From NCBI RefSeq assembly GCF_036321535.1, contig NC_087437.1:98704001-98768000 (forward strand): a stretch of DNA of 64,000 nucleotides, read 5' to 3'. Shown one piece after another: positions 11,860 through 22,945 of the stretch. The stretch is from Camelus dromedarius (lineage: Eukaryota). Numbering within the stretch: the first letter of the stretch is position 1; each line of letters begins with the position of its first letter. The position numbers were made by a program, and so were the translations under genes. The notes below the pieces were generated by a model. That model had not been told where the DNA came from. It ran no database searches and saw only the letters and a program-made list of their open reading frames with translations.

Positions 11860-13990
11860 AAAATGAAACAGACTTTAATTAAATGTGGCAGGTTGAACAC
11901 ATACGCTTATGAACACAAAAGCTCCCAAATGAAAGAACGAAGAGAGGAGGAGCAGACAAAGACAGCAGATGAGTCACAGGCAAGGGGTAACTCAGAGATC
12001 TGGCCTTCCTGGGAATTTACAGGCCTGATGGAGAGAAGCCAAGAGTGACCACAGAAGCAACCCAGGAGGCTCAGGGGCCCAGAGGCACCAGGCAACTTAG
12101 ACGGAGGAGGTGGGAAGGAGGCAAACCCCACATGGGTCAACTGAAAAGTTGTAGGGAATAGTCAGGTCCCCAGAGGCCTTTTCTCATTCACGGAGCTGAT
12201 CAGCTGCCCCTCCTGACTCGGGAAGAAGTGAGTCTATCGTCAAGAGTCCTGTTAAGGTGACGCACTGAGCTGGTGGACACCAGACACACTGACCATATAA
12301 GGGAGGCCAGCACTGGAATTGAAGGCATCAAGTGATCCTCTGCATTATCAGTGGTGAGATGCCTGGGCCCCACCTTCTTCTCCCTTCTCCCAGGGGTCCC
12401 AGACTGCAGCTGCCAGACTTATATCCTACTTGGCAGGAGAATGGAGGGCAAGTTTTAGCGGAGTTTACTGACCTGAGAGAAAACACTTCCAATCCATAAT
12501 TCTGGTCTTCCATAGCCTACTCGCAGCTCCTTAGGACCTCGCTCTGAAATGGAGTGGTAGCCAGTGATCTAAGAAAAGCTGTTATAACTAAATATAGAAT
12601 CCCAAACAGGAAAAAAAATAGAAAGAAAAAGACTTAGAGGAAGCAAGAAGACTGAAGGAAAAAAATCTCTAAAATTTTAATTAATATGATCAGGTAGTTA
12701 AGAGAAGAAACTGCATTTTTTTAGACAAGAAAAGAAGATGATTTAAGACATCTTTCAAACAAGAGAATAAACAAAAAAAGAAATTGAAAATAGGAGAGAA
12801 AAGGTAAGAAAATCGAGGAATCAAGTCAGGATATCAATTGACAGATAATATGGGTTCCAGAAATTGAGCAAATAAAAAGTGAAAGATGGGAAATAATAAA
12901 AGTAAATTTCATAGAACCCCACTCATGAATTCTAAGATAGTCCCTGCATAGAGTGAACACTTGATAAACATTCAGAGCACAAATTCTAAAGAATTCGTGT
13001 ATTTACAATGTAATGAATGAAAAGGGCCCTGATCAGGAAATCCCAAGACAAAAGAGGGTTTTTTCAAAGCTTGCAGAGAAGTATCAGCATCGAAATGATC
13101 TTAGCCTTCCCAGTAGCCACCCTGGAAGCTAGAAATCAATGGAGCAAAATCTTCACAATTTTAAGGGAAAATGATGCACGCCATAGAATTCCATACCAAA
13201 CAAATTATCAATCATGTATGCAGATAGAATAAAGACATTTTCTGACAACAAAATTTCAAAATCATTATCCATCCTTCCTCCCCCGACAGACCCCAGAAGA
13301 ACGCACTTTCCTGGGAGGATCCTGGTATATGTACTCCAAGTCAAGGGCACAGATAAAGGAAGACAAATTATTTGGGAGCTGGAATCCAACGTGAGAGAGA
13401 AGCTAAGGGAATTCCCAAGATGAAGATAAAGGAAAGTCCCAGGAAAATAACTGTGCTGAGGCTAGGAGAGTGATCATTCCAGATCACAGCAGGAAAACAG
13501 AGGTTTCCAGGAGGGGTGTTAGCAAGAAAACTATAAAACCAGTATGCCCAGCTACATTCATAGGAGTTTAGAGTTCAATCAGACAGATTATGGCATATTA
13601 ACGACAGATTCAAGCAAATAAATGAGGCAATTTTTAAATCCAGGAAAAACAAAAAGTTAATACAAGGACATGTAACTACTTTCTATACTTGTATATAACT
13701 ACAAGTCTTAATGTGAACCAAAATTTAAACTAAACGTGACAATGCGAACATCCAATGTTAATTTTAAAAAGTGTCATGTAACTATCGTGGAAAGATGGGA
13801 GAAAGAGAAGTATGTATGCTGGCACTGATGTTGGACTACGAAATTCTAGGTTTTTAGTAGAAACTGATATCACTTGAGTTTTGAAACTAAGTACATATAT
13901 TAGATGGAAATAAAAGTTAGGTTGGACATAAAGAGCAAGGGGAGAAGAGGAGGAAGAGAGCAAACAAGGGAGGAAGGAAGGGATGAGGAT
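11860..13990 (+). mobile_element. HAL1 (half-L1) element with decayed ORF1
   Basis: 13017-13260 translates to VATLEARNQWSKIFTILRENDARHRIPY...IKTFSDNK, resembling the L1 ORF1p C-terminus; it is followed directly by the HAL1-type 3' region (agggaattcccaagatgaagataaaggaaagtcccagg) and not by ORF2. Confidence 0.7.
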
Positions 13991-15404
13991 GGAAGGGAGG
14001 GAAGAAGAAAGAAGGAAGAGAAAACATGGGAAGAACATAGATTCTCGTTAGAAAAGTTCCCAATGAACTGATACTGAGTGTGATGGGTTTTCAAAGGATG
14101 GAGGGAGTACACCAGGGCAGTCAGGACAGGGCTATTTAGGCAAGTGGTGAGGATTGTGGAGAGAGGGGTTACGTAACGGGGAGGCACTGTGTCAAGGAGA
14201 CAGTCATTTAAGCAAGTTTATACACACCTTGCGTTCAAGGCTTCTGGTAGCCTGTAAAATAATTCCTTTGTATGAAATGAAAACACATACCCCAAGATTT
14301 GGTCCTTGTTTAAGGTGAGTGATGGTATACAGGAGTTCTATCTTAAGAATGTTGAAAATTTCCTAGTTTAAAAAGAAGAGTAAATAGTACTGTTCTGAAT
14401 AGATGCAACCCTACCCCATGGGCAAAAAGGATTGTGAAGCGAGAGAAGTCATCTGCAGATTCGAGGGATGTCTCTTCTTCCTGATGGACATAGCCCAGGC
14501 CAAGGCACGGGGTTGGGGAACAGGATTTCAGTCCCTTCATGCCCTCTTGGCTGAGTGATTTCAAATTCTCCCTCCAGGTCTCTGATCCACAGTCCTCACC
14601 CTGATCTGGAGGGATTAGAAACCATAGTTAGTGAAGAGGCTGAAGAGGGGGATGTATCTGCCCACCCTTTCCCTCCCCCAGGTGTCCAGGCACAAGGCAG
14701 CAGTGAGCTGTGAGAGGAAGGAGTACTAACTAGGCATGAGTCTAGAACTTTGAGTATGACCCCAGACTAGATGTTTTAGTTGACGAAATGGGATTATCTT
14801 TGTAAAGAAAATTGACTAAGTTTTTTGTTTTTAATGGAATTCTCAAGATATTATTCAAATGGTAAGGAAAAAAAACAAGTTTCTAGACCAGGCCTTAAAG
14901 GACAGTGGATAAGACATCAGAATTGTTTTCTGTGTCCAGCTGGTGCATTAAAATGTTACAAAACAATCTTATTATGTTAATGGAGGTGTATCCATTACTG
15001 TGAGTTAGAAAAATAGGATATCCATCTATGACTGTAATTGCCGGGTAGGATTCCTTAATACTTAAATATTGTCCAGCAAAATAGAACCACAACTTTACAT
15101 ACCTGAAGAGCAATTCAGAAGATGCTATAAAAATTGAACATGATAAATGCAGAAAGTCAAGCAACTCTGCAATGGTATCATATCACTTAAATTTCATTTT
15201 AAATTTACTCGATCCAGTTTCACTTAAATAAAAAAAAAGTAGTTTTATTTATACATCAGGATGTTTTGAATTCATGCATACATAAATTTCTTAAAACATC
15301 AATAATGTTTCCAAAGGACCTCAGGAGTACACTGAGTTTTGGAGTTTCCACCATCTTTTGACAAAGGTCCATGAGCCCCTCCCTGTAAAGTTTTGGTTTC
15401 AAAA

Positions 15405-16490
15405 ACATTTTAATTGATCTGTAATTCACATATCACCAAATTAAATGGTTTTAAAATATTGAGAGAGTTGAGTATTCATCACCACAATCTAAGTTTAAAA
15501 CATTGTCATCACTCCCAAAATTCCTTTGCTAATTAGGAGTCACTCTCCATACTCCACCCCTCCCTACTAGCTCAAGGCACTCCAGTCTACACTCTGGCAC
15601 TAGAGAGTTAAATGTTCTGGACTTTCATAAAATTGAATCACACAACATGTGATCTCTGGTGATTGCCTTCTTTCACTTAATATGTTTTTCAAGGTCTATC
15701 CCTGTGGTAGCATGTATTAGTAATTCATTCTTTCTTATTGCTGAGTAATAGTCTGTGGTATAGACATATCATATTTTCATCAGTAGATGGATATTGAGTT
15801 ATTTCCACCTTTTGGCTATTAGTAATGATGCTGCTTAGGAACATTTACATACATATTTTTATGTGGATAAATGTTTTCATTTCTCTTGGGTATGTATCTA
15901 GAAATGAAATTGCTGAGTCATAGCAAAGTTAAACATGAGAACCCTATCTTTAACTTTCTGAACAACTCCTGAATTATTTCCCAAAGTGGCTGCATAATTG
16001 CACATTTCCAATAACAATATATGAGGGTTTTAATTTCCCCCTCTTTCCAACTCTCATTATTTTCTTATTTTCTTCTTACTTTCCTTCCTTCCTTCCTTCC
16101 AACTTTTTTCTTTTTTGTTTTTGATTGTAGCCAACCTAGTGGATGTGGACTGGTGGCTCATTGTGGCTTTCATTTATTTTTCCCTAATGGATAATGAATT
16201 GAGCATTTTTCATGTGCTTCTTGGCAAGTTACACAACTTCTTTGCATGGCTATTTAAATCCTTTTAAATAGGATTTTTAAAACATATTCTTAAATTGAAT
16301 AATTTGTCTTCTTATTAATTTCTGGAAATTCTTTATATACTCTAAATAATCATCACTTATCAGATACATGCCTTGCAAATATTTTATCCCATTCTGTTTG
16401 TTTCTTTTTCATTTTCTTGATAGTATCATTTGTAGCTCTAAAGTTTTTCATTTTGATGCAGTCCAATTTACCTGTTTTTTCTTTTATTGT
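15405..16490 (-). mobile_element. L1 (L1MB/L1MC-type) 3' end
   Basis: ccaccttttggctattagtaatgatgctgc, tttcatttctcttgggtatgtatctagaaatgaaattgctgagtca, gagcatttttcatgtgctt, ttttgatgcagtccaatttacc. Confidence 0.85.
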
Positions 16491-16689
16491 TATGGGTTAT
16501 TATCAGTAATCCCTTAATTTTGTTCTGACTAAGTGTGCCCTCAAAAGAAAAGTAACATAGATTTTTTAAAAATTAAAAAGGAGAAAAAAATGAAATTAAA
16601 TTTAAAAGAAAAAGAAAGATATTTTGGGATAACTAGCAGAAATTGCCATAGAATATACCAGGAGACATCTATTCTGGGTCTCCTCTGCA

Positions 16690-17440
16690 CTCTGACTTAT
16701 TGATGACACAGGTTGGTTGAACGATTACCCTCTCAGAAGATGTGTTCCTCTGTCTCTAAAGTGGGGAAAACAATAATATATGGACATACCACATAGGATT
16801 CAACAAATGTTTACTGACTTACCTAATATGTGTGAAGCCTTCTGTTACTGCTGGTCTTAGAAGGACTGGGGTATGCTGGGAAGGTTCAATGCTGAATAAA
16901 ATGTAATTTTTGATCTGAGCATATATTACAAGGGATGGTATTACAGATATGATAAAATCATAAAGAAAATGTTATTCAAGGTTAGTCACTTCATTTAAGA
17001 CATATTTCATCCACCCTTCTCACCTGGCTAATGCTAGACAGTCTTCACCTTTCAGATGAGACATCATTGCTCTAGGAAGCCTCCTCCTCCAGGGAGTTAC
17101 TCTCCCCTGTGTTCTCATAGCACCCGTATGTCACCTGCCATCTTGTCCTTACAATAACCTTATTGTAGTGGGGTTATTACCAGTTTTAAAGATGAAGAAA
17201 CAGGTAATAAGTATAGCTATGAATTGAGCAGCTACTGTGTGTCAGGGAGCACCCTACGTGCCCTACATGAATTCTTTACCACCTCACAACTTCGTTATGA
17301 AATATTAGCATTACTGGCACAATCTGAACAGAAGAGGAAGCTGAGGCTCTAAAATGGTAAGCAATGTCCCCAAATATAAACAAGCAATGAGTTTTGGAGC
17401 CAATATTGGAAGATAAGTCTGACTCCAAAGCCATGGATTT
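16690..17440. mobile_element. Cluster of MIR and L2 3' fragments
   Basis: caacaaatgtttactgacttacc (L2 tail, minus); ttttaaagatgaagaaacagg and gaggaagctgaggctctaaaatggtaagcaatgtcccc (MIR, minus). Confidence 0.6.
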
Positions 17441-17620
17441 TAGTGTTCTCTACTACATTACTAACAGTTTTATAAGCCAATCATGATTTTTAAAAAAGAT
17501 GATAACCCTTTACACTGTACATGAATTCTATCATTTCATCCACAAAGGATCTCCATGTGACTGTTCAAGCTAATAAATTACATTTCAGCCTTAATCGATG
17601 TGACTGTTAAAGCTTTTCAG

Positions 17621-17701
17621 GAGCCTCATTGGGAAATTACAATGAGGATGCAATGAAGGTTGTCTTTTGGTTTACGTATATTCTTGATGAGTACCCCAAA
17701 G
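17621..17701 (+). other. Candidate 81-nt exon (phase 1-1, open frame ASLGNYNEDAMKVVFWFTYILDEYPK); unverified
   Basis: Acceptor agcttttcag| and consensus donor AAG|gtaagt; length divisible by 3; no homologue recognised. Confidence 0.22.
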
Positions 17702-18224
17702 GTAAGTGTTTCCCACTGCAACTCTTACCAATTTTTCTCAGAGGATACATCCTTGAGAATAAAATATACAGAAACTGCATATTGGCACAAAACATCTTTA
17801 AGAAGATAGTGACTTTTATTATAGATAAGAGGCAAATATTGGGAAGTGGAAACATGTCTCTGAAATTGGAATTAAAAAGTAATAGAAGATATTATATTAA
17901 CTAGATTTATAGTTAAAAATATAATGCATAAAACAATGCATATAAACATAAAGTGTATTAAGAATATGAATCTGATTGTATTGATGTCACAGTGGGAAAA
18001 ACATGCTTTATTTATGAGTCTAGCAACTCCAAATGGGACTATGAGTGTCATGTTACTTCAGTTGGTAAGTATTTTTCTGGTATATCATAATGATAAAAAC
18101 ATTAATAACCACTTAATTATTAATTTCTCACAAGAAGCATCAGTTTGATACAGAAAACTGCCTCTCATGGAGCATGAACTTGCTCTAGATTATCAACAAG
18201 CAGTAAGAAAAGTCAATACTTTTT

Positions 18225-18420
18225 GTGCACCTAATATGTCCTGGTACGAAGCACATATGACCTAAAGTTTACAATCACTCTGCAAGGCAAGTGTTGTTCC
18301 AGATTAAGTCACTGAGGCTTGGAGAGATAGTTTAAATGGCTCTAGGTTCCTAGTCAGTTAGGTGGCAAAGTGAGATTCAAGTTTAAATCATGCCCCATCA
18401 CCCCTGCTTTTCCACTAGAC
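18225..18420 (-). mobile_element. MIR SINE fragment
   Basis: actgaggcttggagagatagtttaaatggctctagg...ggtggcaaagtgagattcaag. Confidence 0.55.
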
Positions 18421-18523
18421 TATTTCCAGTCTCAGAATTCCTGGCCTCTAGCCCTTCACTTAAGACGATGGGTCAAGCTGCCTCTAGGTAAGAAGGTAAT
18501 GTGTTAAGACACTGAATGCTTAC

Positions 18524-18631
18524 TTGGAGATTTTCATCCTCTTCAGTAAGAATCAATTTATCAAAAACTGGAACAAACTCAAAAGCTCCATTTTTGGATG
18601 ATACTAGCGTAATCACCAAGAATGGCTCCTC
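18524..18631 (-). other. Candidate 108-nt exon (phase 0-0, EEPFLVITLVSSKNGAFEFVPVFDKLILTEEDENLQ); unverified
   Basis: Minus-strand acceptor ttactgtttaag| and donor CAA|gtaagc; 36 open codons; no homologue recognised. Confidence 0.22.
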
Positions 18632-19332
18632 CTTAAACAGTAATAATTGCCACAGTAGTAAAGGCTTCTTGTTCAGATTGCCAGTGTTTCTTTGGAATTC
18701 ATTAGAAAGTCATGTGGTATCTCTCCTGACCTCTGACATCAAGCTCTGACCTCTCCGTGGACTGTTCATGGGACACCCGCTGACACTGAGCACTCTTTTC
18801 TGCACTGTTCCATGTTCCCTGCCTCTTAAACAAGAAAAGATAGTGTGATTTGCTCTGTAAAACCTAGGAAATCAAACTATCATGTTATTAGCTTTGTCCT
18901 TAAAGAATTCACATTTTCAGTGTGACAGAAGTATGTACGGTGACAAGAAGCCAAACACAGCCCGCGAAGTTTCCTGTAGAACTCTGAAGGAAAACTAAAA
19001 TCTGGGAGTAATCTAGAAGCCAGGTCTGCGGCCATAAATGTACTATGCCTCTTGATGGGAACTGGGCGCTATCCCTGAGAGAGTCCTAAACAGAAACTTG
19101 GGGTGACAGGGGGCCAGCGAGAGGGTCTTCTGACCCTGACGTTTCCTAAAGGCCTCCCAGATAAGCCCCCGCCATCACAAGGCAAGCTCTCACAGGACCT
19201 CTCCGTTTAGTATCTTCCTCCGAAAACACCAATAATGTCCCTGTTTTCCTGCTTTATCTGCATCTTGCTGCGGCCCTTTGGACACGTGTTTCCTCACATC
19301 TCAGCATCAAATGAGGTTTCAAAAAATAGATT

Positions 19333-19497
19333 TGGGGGGAAGGTATAGCTCAGTGGTAGAGCGCGTGCCTAGTGTTCATGAGGTCCTGGGTTCAATTCCC
19401 AGTACCTCTCTTAGAATAAATAAGTAAGTAAACCTAATTACCTACCCCCTACCAAAACACACACACACAAATAATAAAATAAAAGAAGTTATTATTT
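19333..19497 (+). mobile_element. Camelid Vic-1-like tRNA(Ala)-derived SINE, full length
   Basis: Box A TAGCTCAGTGG (19346-19356), box B GGTTCAATTCC (19389-19399), tail aataaataagtaagtaaacctaattacc plus A-rich end, 11-bp TSD AAAAATAGATT (19322-19332 and 19498-19508). Confidence 0.9.
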
Positions 19498-19689
19498 AAA
19501 AATAGATTATCTAAGTACCTTGTCTTTGTCTACAGCACCTCCTCTCCTAAGTTCCCCCTCCCCCAGCACAGTCCAGACCCCCATTATTGGTAGGTGGAGA
19601 CAAGCTAATCTGTAACGACAGAGACCAACCAAAGCATCAGGTATCCTAGAAAGGAGATCCGAAGAGGGGGTTCCCTTTTCCTGTTCCTC

Positions 19690-20000
19690 TTCGTGGCGTC
19701 AAGTGGCAGGGTCCTTGCATTTCTACACCTTTGCTTGCCACTGGAAGCAGGTAACCCAGGAAGGGCAGGACCCCGGTGAAGGAGCCAAATCTGCAGCTGA
19801 GGCTGACCCAGACGGGGCTGCCGGCTGGCGGCGCTGTGCTGACCACCTGCCCTGCAGCGGGGCGGCATCTCCTTCCCCGAGAGAGAATCAGGGTGGCACA
19901 CCTGGGTGACTACCTCGCCTCCCACACCATCCTACAAAGTGTGCTCTTCTTACCGCACGCGAGTGGATGCCTCCTGAAATCTCGCCTTCCAGACATTAAT
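19690..20000. promoter_or_regulatory. CpG-rich promoter/enhancer-like patch
   Basis: Local high GC with many CpGs in an otherwise CpG-poor window; GC box GGGGCGG at 19859-19865; minus-strand consensus donor GCG|gtaaga at 19954. Confidence 0.4.
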
Positions 20001-21874
20001 TTTAATGCAAATATTCCTCAGAAGTAGCCCTTAAGTTGGTACCCTCGATTGCTTTCTTAGCGAAACAGCTTCCTACCCTTCTCAAAAGCAGCTTTAGAGA
20101 GACCCAAGCATGCATTAGACTCAGGAGCCAAGGAGCACGATGGGGTGGAGGACGGGAGGGCTTAAACCAGTGGCACAATTTGCCTCCAGCCGTCTCCTCG
20201 TTTCACAGATGGGGAGACCAAGGCCCTGAGAAGAAAGGTGGTCCAGGCAAAGCTTTCCAACAGGGGATGCCAGGAACCAGCACCTCCTCCCAGCTCCTCA
20301 TTTCACCTCCTCTCACTCAAGCATATTGACAGTTGTTAGGGACTCTGCCAGCGGAGACAGAGTGTTTCTTTTTAATGTAAAAAATGGTGCCCACAGCCTG
20401 AAAGAATCATTTCTTTGGGCTTCACTTGTAAACAGAATAGAGCTGCAGTGTCAGGGGACTGAACTCATTGCTATGCGTGCGTAGACCGGGAGGAATAATG
20501 GTTTACTAGTGTGGGAAAAACACAAAACAAGCGCCCTCCAAGCTCTCTAAATCTTATTTCTTCATCGCTCAGGTGGGGATAATGAATCCTGCTTGCTTAC
20601 TTCCCAGTGTGGCTGTGAAATTTTAAGAAGAGCCAGTGGAGTGTACAGTATACTCTTATTTAACAACAGTCAGGCATTTATTTTAGAAGTTCCTCTAGAT
20701 CTGATAATAATTAAAATATTAAAGAACCAGAACTGCCTAGGTTTCAACCAATGTGAAGGAAATCCAGTTTAAATTCTGATTTAGCTGTCTGATTAGTGTC
20801 TACTGGGTGAAAACCAGACTTCCCTTTTGGGTTAAGATTAATTCCCAAATTCCCCACACATGCACCTTCATTGATATGATATTTGCTAGAATGTGTTTGT
20901 CATATTGAAGTCCACTGGGCTTAGCAATTACTTTAAATTATTTTACAGGAATTCTTTGTGTTTGCCTATCAGATTTATTTTATGCAGGACAATTCCTATT
21001 TATTGGGCTTTTAATAAATAATGTTCCTACGAGGGTTGTCAATCCCATTTTCTACTGAGCATCTGATATACCTCAGATACTTACAGGTTTAGGATTATTT
21101 TGAGAACATCAACACTTAGAACAAAAAAGATGCTCTAATAAAGGTAACAGTGGCAACAAAACCAACAACAACAATGGGAACAAAACAGCAGGTTAAATGT
21201 GAAGCAGGTGGCAAAGAGAACTGGCACTAAAACAGCACACCGCCCGGGAATCTCAAGAGAGGCCCAGACTATTGGCACTGGATGTAGATCCTTCAGTAAT
21301 TATGGAGCTCAGTGACCTGAGGAAGAATCCGCGGTGAGTAAGCTCACCTCAGTCATGCTTCCCACCCCTGTGCTCATGCCAGCTGGGGGCCCTGGGCTGG
21401 TTTAAGTTCTAGCAAGAATCTCATACCAGTGTAAACATTTACACAATACAGGGTATTTATCTTGACTCCAAAGAAATGCAAGGATCTTTCAGAGTTCACA
21501 TGACATTAAAAACAGGTTTCAACTTGGGCTATTGACCTGCTGAAATTATCCCATATTGATGCACTTGTGGTGATTCAGGAATTTTTTTTTTTTTTTTTTG
21601 TAATAGTGATTTCTACTTCTAACATCTCATTCATTCTTCTGCATTTATTGACTAGGAAGTAGGGTGGGGAGGAGGGGTAACTCAAAGGCCGGGTCTAGCT
21701 TTATGCGTCCCTTAATCATAGTACTGTATCGTCAAGGGCTGACCTGAGAGGAATTATCATCACGCTGTCCTTCCTGTAAAAAAAGCAATGCTAATGGCCG
21801 TCTGAGAGGAGAGCCTATGCAGTGACTTGCTGTTTCAGGGGTGCTGAGTTCTGTTCCTCTCTCCTGACCTGTCA

Positions 21875-22010
21875 ATGAGAGCAACGAAAGAAGCTAAGAG
21901 GCCAGAGTGTGGCTACAAAGAGAAAGTGCATTGCTCTGGCCTCATTAACACAGCACTCAAACCAAGTGAGTCAAACAGTTTAGAGAAGCAATTCCCTTTT
22001 CAACTCCCAG
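21875..22010 (+). other. Candidate first coding exon MRATKEAKRPECGYKEKVHCSGLINTALKPSESNSLEKQFPFQLP; unverified
   Basis: ATG at 21875 with an upstream in-frame TGA at 21845, 45 open codons plus 1 nt ending at strong donor CAG|gtaagg; weak Kozak context. Confidence 0.2.
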
Positions 22011-22361
22011 GTAAGGTTGATCCGTGAAAATTGCCTATGGACTTTGTGCCAAATTAGGTAAACAAGTAAGAATAGAGAGCTAGATCTTCATCCCTGAAAG
22101 ATGAAAAGCCTCAAACTGAGGGAGGGAGGCAACCCAATTTTAAAAAATAGATTTTCAAACTTCTGACATGTATGAAAATTGAGTGAACGTGATGTTGAAC
22201 GTGTAGATATAATTGCTTTAACATTTAGTGAAATTTTTCAACTTCAAACACTGTATGATTCTAAAACAGACTCCATAGAAAGATATTTTCTTTCTGATAC
22301 CTGTAGTCCTGTCCTTTAAGTAGAAAAGTTTTCTTCCTTTTAGACACAGGCTTTCAATTTT

Positions 22362-22460
22362 CATTCATTCATTCACCAAACATTTATCAAGCATGATATT
22401 ACTGGTATGTGAAAATAAATAAATTGTAGCTGTTTCCGGTCCTCAAGGAAGTTATCATGG
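22362..22460 (-). mobile_element. L2 3' terminus
   Basis: ttcattcattcattcaccaaacatttatcaagc...gtcctcaaggaagtta. Confidence 0.6.
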
Positions 22461-22909
22461 AGGCAAGGATGGTTTGTTAATTAATTCATCAATATGACTT
22501 ATAGAACATTTAACAAATGGAAGCACATTCTCTATTTTTATCATCACACTAAGATGAGTTACAAAAAGCTATGAAGGATGAGGCTCAGTCTTCATCCTCA
22601 GCACAGACTAAACACATTTCTTTTCAGAGTGATGACATATTTCCATGCTGCATGTGCTTTTATGAATGTAGCTTATCACTACATAAGTTTCCTGGACACC
22701 TATAAATGTTCCAAAATAGAGATCAGCATCACAATAAAATGTATAATTTTCTTTTTTGGTAGAGCATGGAATGGCTTGTCATTTAGCAAATATGTAAGTC
22801 ATGTTTACAGGGGTTTAAAACAAACTATCTTGGTCATTTTAAAGTAATGTAAGTGTTAAAGTACATGCTGAATAATTCCAGGAGAGCTTTTTTCTTCTTT
22901 TTTTTCTTT

Positions 22910-22945
<36 letters not shown>

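Noticed and set aside
19334-19410. tRNA-Ala-like gene
   Set aside because: The anticodon arm is disrupted (cgtgc-ctagtgt-tcatg), and the sequence continues into a SINE tail with an A-rich end and a TSD, so it is a SINE head.
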